Made by a program: the position numbers and the translations under genes | Origin: Camelus ferus | Lineage: Eukaryota | Assembly: GCF_009834535.1 (NCBI RefSeq) | Contig: NC_045697.1 | Coordinates: forward strand, 55,244,001 to 55,308,000 | DNA length: 64,000 bases | Reading direction: 5' to 3' | The notes under the pieces: generated by a model | What the model saw: the letters and a program-made list of their open reading frames with translations, nothing else | Told to the model about the DNA's origin: nothing | Database searches by the model: none | In this document: piece after piece, positions 39,205-52,598 of the stretch | Position numbering within the stretch: the stretch's first letter is position 1 | Layout of the letters: the number at the start of each line of letters is the position of its first letter

Positions 39205-40008
39205 TGAAACTCTCTTTTCAGCTCTTATCAGTGAAATCACTTTGGTAGTTTGATTCGCCATGGTGGGAGTATTTACACCACTGAAATTAGCAATTCTACA
39301 AATCAGGACTTGATTTACTGTTTTATTCATTGTCTAAACTGGGGCCAGTAGACTATCACCTGCGGGCCAGCTGCCCGTTCTTATAAATACGGTGTAGCTG
39401 GAACCTAGGCATGCTGGCTGCTCTTGTGCTCCAGTGACAGATTTGAGTAGTCAACAAAAATCATATGGCCAGCAAGCCTCAATTATATAAAATTCTGTCC
39501 TTTAAGAAGTTGGCAAAATCCCTGGTATAGACTTGTGAAAGCCATAGAAAAACTGTTAATGATGTTGAAATTTAAAAGTGTGTTGTGACTTTGGCTGTTA
39601 AAGAATAAGATACTGTTCTTCCATTATTTGAAAAAATAGTATCCAATTCAGCAAAGTGTTTAACATCATTGATAAGAGTGACATTCCAATGCATGTCTTC
39701 TTTGTTTGGCTTTCATCTTGCTCATTAAGGTAAATAAAAATATCCTCCAACATTTGTCAGAATTAGATTCATTAATCCCTCACAAGTATAGTGGCTATGG
39801 ATACAAGAATTTAGCAAAAACCGATAAAAAAACATATTGGGAAAATCAATCTGTTATATGCAATTAAGAATGAAGAGTACTGTATATTTTATCTCTATAT
39901 TGTGTGCTGCACAGACTTTTTGGGTGTAAAGTTTATAATATGTATATGCACATGCATACATATTTTTTTATGGAGAGCCAGCTTTATCCATTTATCAGCA
40001 CACTATTG
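39205..40008 (+). mobile_element. Long MER63-type (MER63C/D-like) hAT-Blackjack element, interrupted by MER58
   Basis: GCCATGGTGGGAGTATTTACACCACTGAAATTAGCAATTCTACAAATCAGG, ending GGAGAGCCAGC..CATTTATCAGCACACTATTG. Confidence 0.8.
39340..39524. mobile_element. MER58A-like hAT-Charlie MITE nested in MER63
   Basis: GCGGGCCA..CTGCC..GTT..ATAAATA..TGGAAC..GAGTAGT..ATATGGCC..CAAGCCT..CCCTG; decayed 8-bp TSD GTCTAAAC / GTATAGAC. Confidence 0.75.
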
Positions 40009-41724
40009 CCTAAATCTATGACTTTACCTCCCTTAAAACTATTACAGAGGTATCTAATTGTATTAATTATTATATAATTATATAATAAGTACTATACAAA
40101 TACCTAATATAATATGTAGTTTTATGTATCACTTACTTTTGTCTGTGTTATTCACCAAATAATTTACAAATTGGCTTTACATGAGTTTAGTCTCTTTCAA
40201 ATTGAAATTATTTGAAGAACTGAAGAATGTGGAACTGAAATATTGGCCAAATTTATATGCAGAAATAGTTTGATCATTATACTGTCAAGAAGCTATTACA
40301 CTCATTGCAACTTTATAGAAAAATCATATTCCTAATTTTATATAGCTATCAATATATTGATCCAACTGTTAATAGAAAGGCAGCCATTTTAGACTGCTTT
40401 TTTTCAAAAGAATTATCCAACACCTTTTCACCCTGTTATTCAATCACTAATGGGTAACATGAAAGATATAAATAGCTTGGATATCACTGTTTAGTGTATT
40501 GTCTTATGTAAAAAAACAAAAAATGGAAAACTGGCTTTCTCCACAATCAAGAAGCAAGGATTTATTCTTTTCATTTTTCACAAAATAGGAAAAATCACCT
40601 CATTAATAGTTTTTCACTATAAAGACTGAATTACTTCCTCAACTGTTAGGACTCCAGGTGGAGTCAATAATTTCACATTCATTGAAAGAAACTGATGGAG
40701 ACAGACTATAATCTAGAGCTGTATAATTCAGCATTTCAAAGAATTTTATGTTCAGCATGGAGCTACAAAGCCTACATGATGAGCATTTCAGTTGTTGAAT
40801 GACTCCCTCACAGTCCCATTGTGAGTATGCTATTCTATAGTGTAGTTCAGAAATTAGGTTTTGAAGCTTTAATGAAAGTAAATTTCAGTATTCTCAACTG
40901 TAGCTGCAGAATGTATGACGAGAAAAGGTTGACAACAACACAAACTAGAAGCAACTTAGTAATGTACTGTTTAAGTAAAATGAAACTGAAACTAAAACAA
41001 GTTATTCCAGCTAGTTGGTGAAATATATATCTGGGATAAAAGGAACAGAATGTCAGTTATAGGTCCTGGGGTTCATAGAGGAAATTGATGAAGAGTAGAA
41101 GGATACACCTAAGGAGACTGGGCAATATAAGTGCAATTTACCAAATGAAGTATTTTTTGTTTCTGTAGGGCAGTGGAGGCTATAGAACTGGGAAGTGAAG
41201 GACTGTGTCTACAGGGATGCATGGATGTATTGGTTAAGTTTTGCTAAGGAGCTGATTGAAGACTTTGGTTCAGGGATTCCTCAGGAACTGAATTACAATA
41301 GGAGTTCCCTGGAGTAGTCCCAAGTCTGCCATACTTGAGTTTTCATTATCGAGGACCAGCCTCTGTCTGTTTGTCGTTGTTCATATTATAGGGTTGGTGG
41401 GGTGTGGGAGGAACCTACAGAATCTGATTGGAGTACTACTTAGGCAGCCATGTGGGAGGCAAGCATCACATGAAGGGGAGCCCCAGGTTAAGTTAAAAGG
41501 AGAGGATGTTTCCTGAGATTTCAAGGGGAGAACATAAATCACACTGGAGAGGTGCCAAAATGAAGATGGTTAAAACAGAGTGCATGAGGTGTTGCCAATA
41601 AGAGATTGAGAAACAAGGTCCAGATGCAATAGTAACTGTAGATTGAAATGGTTGGCTCACATCTGGACCACAAATATAGTAAGTGTGCTAGAATTTGCTG
41701 GTGACTGATGCGGGTGGACTTTTC

Positions 41725-41995
41725 AGTCCACAGCATCATCTAGGAGATCTTTAATACCATGATGCTTAGGCCACAGCTCAGAACAATTAAATCAGAATAT
41801 CTGTAGGACCCAAACATCCTTATTTTTTAAAGTTTCCCAGATCTTTCCAAAGTGCAGTCAGGTTGAGAACCCTGTCTTAAAAGGATGTACAAAACTGATT
41901 GTGTGTGAGAATCACCTGGGAGATTTGGCCTACTAATGCCTGCTTCCCCCTCCAAGCTAATCAATTCAGAATCTCCTGGGATAAGGATCCGGAAT
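41725..41995. mobile_element. Two adjacent MER5-like fragments
   Basis: CAATTAAATCAGAATATCTG..GTGCAGTCAGGTTGAGAACC, then GAGAATCACCTGGGAG..AATTCAGAATCTCCTGGG. Confidence 0.75.
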
Positions 41996-43260
41996 AGAGA
42001 TTAGCTGAGATCCAAGACTTTGTAATTTAGATGCCAAATTACCGTGTCTCATTCATTTTCACTGAAGTGCTTTCACTCTGGGACCATAAGAAAAATAGGC
42101 TCAGTAAACTGAGTAAACTACAAAGATGCTAAAAACAACAGTAATGGTTGACTTCATAAAAGCTATTCTACTTTTCTTCACATTTGAGCTTTATACTTAC
42201 GAAGTTTTAATTTGATTACCCTGTGTGTAAAAAATCTATTACATACAAATGAACATTTCAGATATCATTATCATTCTACATTATTATAATTTTCATGGAA
42301 AAACTATTTGATTCAAAATTTTGAATGCTGAAAAAATGTGACTTGTACCACGTAGTTGAAAGAACTAAAGTAGAAACTGCCTAGAACCGATTCAACCAAG
42401 AGGATTTTATTCCTGTAGCCCCCATTTTGTAATTATTCATTGTCATGAAAGTCAAGGCATGTGAGTAATACTGTACTTGAACATTCCAAAAGGAAATTGT
42501 TGCATAATAATTATGCTCTGAAAGGTTAAATTTAATTTGAAAGTAGGTGATTTTCTCTTGCCAGGATTATGGACATTGAAGGTGAATGGACTCCTGACAG
42601 ACTTTGCTGTCATGGGAAAGCTAATGCTAATTGGTAGCTTTTTTGTGTCGTGCAGATTCACCAGTATAACTTCTGTCTAATAATTTATCAACTGTGGAGG
42701 GAAAAAAAACCACTGGTTTTTCTTTCACCTTAAAATTGGAGAGAATTTAGAATAAAATTAGAATGGAATTTTTAAATTGTCAAAAAGCAAAGGAAAGTGA
42801 TATCACAGGGCCTGCATCCTGAAACATTTAATAGAAATTTTAGGAATAAATAATAGAAATATTACAGTTTCCTTTCTGAGATAAATATAATTCTGATCTT
42901 CATTTTCAGTTTTTTATAACTTCTTTGTTTTAATTTATTAAGTTTATTTAAAGATAAATGGTTTATATTGCTAATTTTAAAGAAAAATGCCACAAGATTG
43001 TAGATAAGCCTCTAGTTAAAAAAATTAGGAGGAGGAACACAAATGAATAATTAGCTCTTTAACAATATCTCATTTACTGGTCCAATTAGCCACACTAAGT
43101 GTATTGCAATTGCATCAAAGTGTATCGCAATTTATTGGAAAAGATTTTATCCAAATGTTAAAAATACATTTTATTCAGACACTGAACTTACAGTATATTT
43201 CATAATGTTAATGTAAGTTTGATGGGCAATAGTCAAAGAAGTTTGGTTTGTCAAGTGTTA

Positions 43261-43527
43261 AGAAAACAAACTTATGTTTACCAAAGAGGGAAGGAGGGAC
43301 GGATAAATTAGGAGTTTGTCATTAACAGATACACATTACTATATATAAAATAGATAAACAACAAGGACCCACTGTATAACATCGGGAACTATATTCAATA
43401 TCTTGTAATAACCTAAAATGGGAAATATATATATGTATATGTGTACATATATACGTTTAACTGAGTCACAATCACTTTGCTATACACCTGAAACCTTGTA
43501 AATCAACTATATGTCAGTAAGGGGAAA
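43261..43527 (+). mobile_element. Cetartiodactyl L1 3' end (L1_Art-like)
   Basis: GAAAACAAACTTATG..GGATAAATTAGGAGTTTG..ACTATATATAAAATAGATAAACAACAAGGACC..GGGAACTATATTCAATATCTTGTAATAACC; possible TSD AAGTGT(T)AAG. Confidence 0.9.
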
Positions 43528-46469
43528 AGTGTAAGTCGATTTATGTGACGTTAAAGACTATGGCTTTACATTTCTCGATTAAAAAGGACTGTTTCCTTAA
43601 GCCAGCTAAATTTTTAAGGACAAATGATGGTATCCACATACAAAAAATCATTATTTTGGCTCATAGCTAAGGCCTAGTCATTTTGTTGTGAATCTCATAG
43701 TGTGAAAAAAATGTTCCAGTGTCCTCATAAAATTTTTTTTTCTAACACAAGTTTATTTTCAAGAAAGAGGTGAGTCTATGTATTATTTTTCTATTGAACT
43801 CCTTCATTAAGTCACTGTCAGTATATCATTAATTGATTTAACTACCAATGAAAGACCTTACCAATCCTGAGAAGTAATAGTGAATATTTCTTAATTACAA
43901 GTTAGGGTAAAGTAAGTCCAGGCATATGCTAGGCTGAACAGAAAGCTTTCATAGTTAATTCTTCATAAACAAAGTCCCATTTAAATTCTAGAGCATTCAC
44001 ATTCATGATGGTGTATTAGGGATCATGGCCTGTATGTTGGTATAGAAAAGTTACGGGAACCATGTGAATGTGTCACAATAAGCCCCTGCGGAGGTGAGGA
44101 AAGGAATTTTTTAGGATCGCTTTCTTTGTTAAAATGAACTTCTTCACACGTCTCCCACTAAAAGAAATCCATGTGTGACTTATGCGACCCTGTATTAGAA
44201 GAACACAGCTGACTCTTTGCTGGAATACACAGTTAATAAGCCTCATCGTTAAGACTATGAGTTTTATTTATGTCTGAACAGCATGCTAAAGAAATTCCCT
44301 TGTTCTTTTTCCCTCACATATGAACCTGTGAGACTACAGAAGTTTAGATAGCCTCTAATTTCTAAAGCTTCTCTAAGGTCATTTTGAAATGGATGAGTTA
44401 GCTAACATCTATGGTAGCTAGCCAAAGGGGACGTAGCCTAACTGTTCACTAGTAACAGCTTGAGAGCTTTGAAAATTGAGCAGTTACCTGAGGAGATGCT
44501 TTGTGGAGCCATGACCTTTGTTCCTTGTCATCTCCATGGAGACTAACAGAAAGATGAGTCATGTATACTAGCTAAATAAATGTTGATAAATATTATGGGC
44601 AGAAAAGGGCAACCACGATAAAATGTATCAATAATTTTTTTCTAAGCCTTACCTGTAAAGCTTTGGTAGTTATTTATTTTGTAGTTAGGAAAATTGAGGC
44701 CCCTATCAGGTCCTCTTGATGGAATCAAATGCAAACTAAGAAAATACCAGATATTTTGAATTTACTGAAATGATCTGTCCAATGGATTTTATTTCCCTAA
44801 TTACTAGGGATGGATATATCAAAAATTAGGTCTATAAAATAAGTTTTAATGAAATCATTTTTACAAGATGTCTCCTTTACCACACTAATCATCTCCATTA
44901 TATACATGTGCATGTCCAGCATACGCTTTTTTACTCCATTAAAAAGTTTATCCACATAAACATGTGGAGTCCCCAGCTTTAGAAGAGATGCATTTAGAAG
45001 GAAAAAGAACCCTCCTCTGCATTCACCAAAGCAGCTGAATCAACAGGTGATGATCAATAAGATGACAAGTATTCAGCCAGATTTCTGTCTTATTTCTATT
45101 CTCAGAATTGCTAAATTAAGAAAGCAAGAGTTACCCTCAAAAATAAACAAACAAACAAAACCCACAAACAAACCAAAAGCTGAATTTCCAGTAGAGGAAG
45201 GATGGAAGGGAAAGATGGCTGATTAAACTTCTTATGAAATCCACCATTTCATTCTCATTTGATCAGTCAACTTTCCAAAGCTGGTAAAGAGCTATTTAGC
45301 AAGTGTTTAGTGTTCATCACTTTACGAATTGAGGCAGCTTACATGAAGCAAGCATTTATGCATGTGTAGCAACGTGAGCGAGATCTGCATTTTTGTAACT
45401 TTCTGTGCTCCTTTGTTTTCCGATACCCTGCCAAGATAACTTGACCAGTTGCTGTGTAGTTATGACAAATGCAGAAGAAAGTTGTTCCCTCTTTTCTTAA
45501 ACAGGTTACTTAAAGAAGTATCAAAAGTTGACTTTTTCTGATCATTAATCTTCTATTCTTCATCCCACACAGAGCTGGGCAACGCACTACAACCTACTTT
45601 CTCCTTCTTTAGAGGACATCATGGCTACAGAAGTTACAGAAGTCACTCTTCTGTTCTACTAGCAGCCATGCTAGTCGAAATTCAGAGATTCAATTTAGGT
45701 CAAAAAAGTGTTAGAAAAGTAATCCATCATAAACATTTTCTTTAAAATATCTGCTTAGTATAGAATGATACACACTGGGACCCTTTCCAGAATCATTATT
45801 CTACTTGTGTTCTAAAAGTTACAAGTTAAAAAATGATTAAAAAATGAATTATTAGGGAAAATCTGTCTCCAGTTGTGTATCAACCTCTCACTAGAGAATC
45901 CTCTTTAAAGAAAGTGGTTCATTCTAAGTAGGGGAAAAAATAACACTTGTTTTTTTTTTTTTTTCTTGTAATTTGATGACCTAACTTTAGTGTAATTAAT
46001 ACATTAAGATGTTTTAAAATGTACTTTTAGCACAGAGATTATTAATAATAAAATCATTTCATTTCAACCATCTACTCAATGACTGTACTGAAGAAGTTCA
46101 AGTGTAGGGCCTTCTTGTGTGGATCCCCTATCAGAAGTAAAGGCTAAAACTTCCATTTTTGTGTTTTGCTTGAGGCATTGAATTCAAACTATATTATTAA
46201 ATAAAAATTGTCACCTTTAACATGGTTTGTCAAATGCTAATGAAGTGTATTGCAAATTCCTGTGGACGCATTTTCAGTGATGTTCCTATGATATATTGAT
46301 TTTTCTACTTTTAGACTTATTGTTTGCTGGTAGAGTATTTTGGAAAAGGTGGAAATTTTAATTTTGTAGTTTCTAAGTCATGCCTGCAGTTGGACATCTG
46401 GAGTACAGTTCCTCTGTGTGGTGGTACATGTTAAAGATTTTAGGAAAACTCTAAGACATCCTTTTAAAA

Positions 46470-47290
46470 ATTAGCATGGCTTGTAGCTGAATCAAGAGAA
46501 TGGGTGAGATGATATGGATATAGAAAAGTCAAAGTAAACTAAGAATTGCACCCTTGGAAACATCAAAATTAAGGGTTTAGCTAAAAAAAAAAAAAATAGA
46601 GCTAGCAAATGGTCTTGAGTTAGGAGTAGAAAGAGAATTCAGATAGGAAGGAGAGAAAAATGCTGTTATGGGGGATAAGAAGGGATGTTTCCAAGAAACA
46701 GAAACAGTCACAGTCTTAACTGAGGTGGAGAAGCCAAATATGTTTAAGCATCGATCATTGGAGTAAGTAACAAAGATGATACTGGTGAGCTTTACCAGAC
46801 GATTCAGAGACAAGGTGAGGACATGACTGCTTATTTGAAAGAAATGAGATAACAAGGTGGATATTACCCTTGGTACCATTTTCGTTTGTGACCTTTACTG
46901 GAAATGAGAGATCTAATGGAATCTGATGGGGAACTTAGGGCCTAGATAGATAATGGGTTGGTTGGTTTGTTTAGGTATAAGAAATGGGACAAGGTCCCAG
47001 AAAAGATGGGAGGAAATGGAATCAGAGATCAAGTGGTGGAACTGTACATGAACAAGCTAAAGTACTTCTTTTCCTTTGAAACTGGGAGTGGGGAAGAAAA
47101 GCAAGTGAAGGTGAGAAGAAATTAAGAATCATTTGGGTTCAGGAGGTGGGAGGGTGAGAGATTCCATGCCTTATATATGCAACTGTCTCTGAAAATCCAG
47201 AGATAAACTTCACTGTTTAAAAAAAGGGACAGTGGCTTGGCAGGTGCTTTGGGAAGAGTGGTGAAGGTCCGGAGTGTGTCCTGTAGGAAT
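46470..47290 (-). mobile_element. L2 fragment (old, purine-rich on the + strand)
   Basis: GAATGGGTGAGAT..ACCCTTGGAAACATCAAAATTAAGGG..CATTGGAGTAAGTAACAAAG..ACTGGTGAGCTTTACCAG. Confidence 0.65.
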
Positions 47291-47699
47291 AGATTTTAGG
47301 ATTCCAGAGGGAAAGCCTTTCTAGATTGGGCCAGGGTACTACTGTGTATTGGTTTGCTAAAATGGAATGTGTACATATAGTTATGATATCAATGAAGTAA
47401 AATAATTTTTAAGTTAGTGAAATTAAACTGCTTAATATAGTTGGTGAAGTCATCTATGCTAATAAGAACAGTTAGTAAATATATTTGATTGTATCGCTTA
47501 TAGGTAGAGTTCCTACAAGCACTTAAGATTTTTGTTTTGTTCTGCTCCATGATCTAAAGAAAAACAGCTTTTCAGATAATTTTACTTTCCACCTGGGCAC
47601 TGATTCTTAATTAACCAAATCTAATAGCATGTAATTTTTTCATTTGTATTAAGCAAAATGTTTCTGTCCCTGAAGCTGATATCACCTTTTAATATTTTA

Positions 47700-47935
47700 A
47701 TAGCTACAACTTCTACTTATTTAGCAGTCACTAAGTATTAGACATTGTATTAAACATCTTACAAATAATCTTCATAAAAAAATCAATCCTCATATAAAGC
47801 TTCATAGGTTAATAAGTATTATTCCCATTGAAAAATGAGGAATATGAGTTGGGAGTGGTTAAGACATTTACTCAAGTAATAGCTGCTGGAAGTTGGAGCC
47901 AAGACCTGGACTTAGATCTGTCAACTAAGAATACC
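47700..47935 (-). mobile_element. MIR
   Basis: AATCCTCATA..TATTATTCCCATTGAAAAATGAGGAATATGAG..GGTTAAG..GGAGCCAAGAC. Confidence 0.85.
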
Positions 47936-50900
47936 TGTTACGCTGGTGAGAGGAGTTCTGCTAAGAATAGACCCTCAGGTTGCTTCTTTAGAAAAGAAAT
48001 TGATAGGAAAAGCAACAAGGATATTCTGTCCATGATACTGCCAAGACTATGTACCCTAGGAAATATTCGGAGATTGCCTACAGACACTCTGAGCTCTTCA
48101 AAGGAATTTGAATAAAAAAACATTTTTTTAAAGAAGAACTTTGAATGAACACACAATAGAAAACTTTAGCATGGAAGTACTGAAATGAAAGGAAGTAAAC
48201 TATGATGATGAAAAGGAAAAGGTATAATGCATTAAGTAATCTCACGTGGTATTCATAGTAATACATTGCCTGCAATCAGATTTTTCTACTATGGATAGCA
48301 AGCATTCACTGCAATCTGGAGAGAAACCAGAGTATCTTGGAAGTTGAAAGAAGACACAGGAGGATATCTGAGGGTGCCACGTTGACTGTGATAAGTTAAA
48401 TAGTTTAGGGACTGCCAAAGTTATGTATATAATCTTTTTTTTTCTAGAAGTTTAACATTTTGATGATACTTTGTTGCTTTAAAAGCTTTATTTTTATGAT
48501 GAATTCTGAAGTACTATAATCTTGAAAGAAAAAAGATAATACTTAGTTTTAAAATTTCAGGGATTTATGGCAATATAACTTTACATTGTTATTCTGTTAA
48601 AATAAGAAGTACCCCCAAACCTTAGCCCAATGTATTTTAAAATGTTCCTCTTCCAGGCTAGACCCTGACACATCCAAAGTGTGGAGAATATAACAAAGAA
48701 TATATGTAGGAATCCCCATTCCATCTATTTCTAGTGTTTATAGTGACAGACTGCCAGTCTCCAGTCAAAAATAACAAACCAGAAATGCTCTTGGACTCTC
48801 TTTGCAAGGAGTGAAACTTGCTATTAAATGAAAGTAGTTGCTCTCTACATCTTAGCTGAGTCTTTATTTCACTCCTGAGAAATAAACTGGTGAAAGCAGA
48901 AACATTTATGCTAACCAAACTGGGTTACAGTGTCAACCCATTGACATTCAGCCTCCCCTATAGTCATGGTTGTGGCCACATAGTGGTGCCCTGCTAATTA
49001 ATTTCCTTGTAAGGTCACAAGGGAGTACTTAGGGAAGAGCTGTAATAATTTGCTCCCTTCTCCCCTGGACTGATAAATTAGTGATCATGGATTATTTTCA
49101 AACCTTTTAACTTTCATTTCAGGAAGAATTCCATAGTGAAGAGTGAAGAGAGATTTTATTTTATATTTCTCTATTGCTGGGATTTTTCCCCTGACGATAA
49201 GACAAAATGCAAAATTACGTTTAATTCGCTTTTGTGAAAACAGAACAAAACACATATCTGCTATCCTTTGCTTTTGCCTTGGTCTTATCTTTACGCTAAA
49301 AAAGTTCTAAGGAAAATACAATTTTCTTCTTGCCTAGAGAGACAGGCAGATGGTATTGAATATGTTTAGTTCTTCCAGCAACAGTTTTCTATAGCATTAG
49401 CAGTAAATCTACCATTTGCAATCTATTGTCTATTTAAATCTATTTAATTTACATTTAACAAGACACCTCTTATTCTTGTGAGTTAATTAAAGGGTTAGTG
49501 ACTATTAAAGGGATACTAATTGAAATGCAATAAATAAGATAACTGAGTTGGTGTGTAATTAACCAAATTTACATAAGTAATAAACACTGTATTGCAGTCT
49601 TCAGGAATGGAGTTGAACTAACTCTGATAGTCTAATCTCATGCAAGAACAAGTGTCTAGGCATTTAATGAGCATAAAACAGAATAGCACTGGCAAATTAA
49701 TTGTGTATAATGTTTTAAGTAACTGCCAAAGAATAATCTAACTATGCTCTACATGACTTTTTAACATTATGGTGATCCCTGATACATTTCCAATGCATCT
49801 TTTCAGGAAGAGAGATAATTCAGATAGTTCCTCCCTTCATAGGACTTGTCCTTCTCTACAGCCACCACAATTAGTTAATTTTTGTGCCCCTAGTTTACCC
49901 TATATATGCCCCTCAGTATTGTCCCCTACACATCATGATTTGAGAAATGTTTCTGTAGAACTTTCACAGGACAATCCCAACTTTGTCAGGAAATCCAGAG
50001 CCCTCCCGCTTCCTAACAATAGGCCTATACATTTAAGATAGGATTTAATAGAAAATATATAGTTTATATTCTTAATAGTTTCAAAATAGTTCTATTTTTT
50101 CACTATGTGTGAATCTGCCTGTAGAGCACCTTGGTGCAACATAAAAAGAGGCCCCAAAGCTCCACCATGTTAGGTTGGTGATGTAACGTGGCTGGTTCAA
50201 GTAAATGGTCGTTGTGCATTCTAAAATGAGAACTAATGGAAAAGGGATAGAAAGCCAGAAGTAAATCCAAGTACTTGAATATTGAGTGTGTGGTTAGAGA
50301 AAAATATTCTCTGCTCTGCTGTTTGTTATGTATATTTACGGCTTTTGCTAAATTCTGAGTCTTTGATAAGCAGGTTAAACAGATGATCTCTGAAAATGTT
50401 GCCTTTAGAAAGCTATTTTTTTAGTAGCTTTTGACTCATATACATATTTTCTCCATTTAAATTCTTCGAGTATTTTCATTTGCTTCACCTAAAAGAAATA
50501 TGATTTTTTTTCTTTTTAAGAGAAGCTTATAATATAATACTTAATATACTGAAATAAGACTGTGTTGCAATTAATAGATCACTTGGGTCAAAATCCGCAA
50601 AATATTTCTGATTTAATTCTGAGGTTTTTGCTTTTTTGGTCTAGTTATTCACTCTTCACTCTCACTGAAGGTAAAAATAAATTGGGTTAAAAGCCAGAGA
50701 AAAATAACGTCTAAATGAGATGGATTAAGATAAAACAAAATAGAAATAGATACTATTATAGACTCACTGGAAAGCATCTATTAAATAGCACTGCCACTGA
50801 ATATATTGATGGTGTCAATAGCAGAAGTAATTCATTAGAAGCAGACCAGCTAAGATAGTTATTGCTAAAGAATTTACAGTGTTTTAAAAGAAATATTTAA

Positions 50901-52189
50901 GGAATGACAGTATCACAGAGAGAAAATATTTTTTAAAGTCAGGTTTAAACCTACCAAAAAGGATCTATTACCACCATTGAAACTATAAATTACCAGTGCA
51001 TTCACCTGATCAGTAAGGATGTAATTTCTCTAGAGAAGAATTCAGAGAAGAATTATCCTCATTCTAATATATTTAAATCTTTATACAGTAAGAAAAGACT
51101 AAGCACATATGTGATGGCAACAATAGTTTTCAGAGCTTTCTGCCAAATGCAAGAATAACATGATCATTGTTTGGAACTGTTTTTCCTCTTGTTTGGTTTC
51201 TCATCAGCATTTTCAGGTGGGGACATTTCTTGATATGGCTAATTATTTGGCAAAAAGCCCTTTTTCATATTTATAAGGGTTGATTGTACAACTGAACAGT
51301 ACAAATACACATAAATTTAGAGGTCTGAAAAAATCAGTCATCAGTGTTAATATATGTTTTTTAAATATATATATATGTTTGTGTGTGGTGTGTGTATGTG
51401 TAGATACAGTATCTACCCTGTCAGTAAGTGGGATGGACTCCATGAAGTTGAAGGCTCTCTCTTCATAAAACATAAACCAAACATCCAGGCTTATCTAATG
51501 CTTCTCACTACTTTTCCTCATTGGAAGCTTGTGTACACTAAGCCAGGGGCTCTCAAGTGATACTTGTGCTGCACATAGATGTTCTGCTATTAAATTCATA
51601 TAGGGAGTGTTTTTCTAAATTCCCTAAGAAGAAAATAATAGCTAATATTTCCTGATTTTTTAAGTTCTATGATTTGTTCTTAACCCTTTGCCATCTGCTG
51701 TGAGAACCTGCAACTATGTAATGAGTGACAGGGTAACAAATGCTGACAGAAAAACTGGGTGTGTTCAGAACTATAGAGCATTTTGTTAAACTAGATGTGA
51801 TTTCTCTTTGCTTTTATGTAATATAGGCACTTTCTGCTGGTAAAAATGATTTTTACTTTGATAAAATCCAATATGTCAATTATTTCCTAGTGTTCAGGAA
51901 AGAATGCACAGAGAATGTTGGCGCTAAGCTTTTAATTTGATACTCCCTCATCTCTGCACTTGACTGGCATCTTCTTGCCTCCTGAATGCTGATTTACACT
52001 CCTGCTGTGATGGGTTGAAATGAAGTGACTCTACCTATTGTTTCTAGGGCAGAGTCTGACTTAACTGTTCTGCTTAAGGAAAAAATGTCAGCATTTCTCC
52101 TCACACTCATTTCTCCAGTAAGGAAAACTGTCTGAGGATCAGATACCTGCCTCCACATCTGCTCCTATTTTCCTCTTTCAACACAGAAG

Positions 52190-52598
52190 GCATCTTGGTT
52201 TGGGTTCTCTGGGAACAGACTAAGGCAGAGATTTCTGTGCAAAAGTTTATGGGGATACCTCAGGAATAACGTCTGAGAGGAGTGGGGGAAGGAAGCAGGG
52301 CTTTAAGAAGGGAAGAAAACGGCAATACAGTTCCAACAGTGGCATCAGTATATCCCACAGGGATCTCTGGAGTTGGGATGACCCATCAGAAATATCTCAG
52401 ATTGAGGTCATTGGATGAGTGCTATCCCAAGGGAGGCATATGACCTTGGGCAAGGCAACTCCCTTTCACCCTCCGAGAAAGTTTCCTCGAAGACATTAAA
52501 TTGTGAGGTGCCAATAGCCAATATTCCTGGTAATGTAGGCATAAATGCCTTGGTCCCAAACATCAGTGTATGGTGGATGCCCCAAAGTATTCTGTTGA
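52190..52598 (-). mobile_element. ERVL LTR (LTR16A-like)
   Basis: GGGTTCTCTGGGAACAGAC..GTTTATGGGG..TCCCACAGGGATCTCTGGAGTTGGGATG..GTCATTGGATG..ACCTTGGGCAAGGCAACTCCCTT. Confidence 0.85.
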
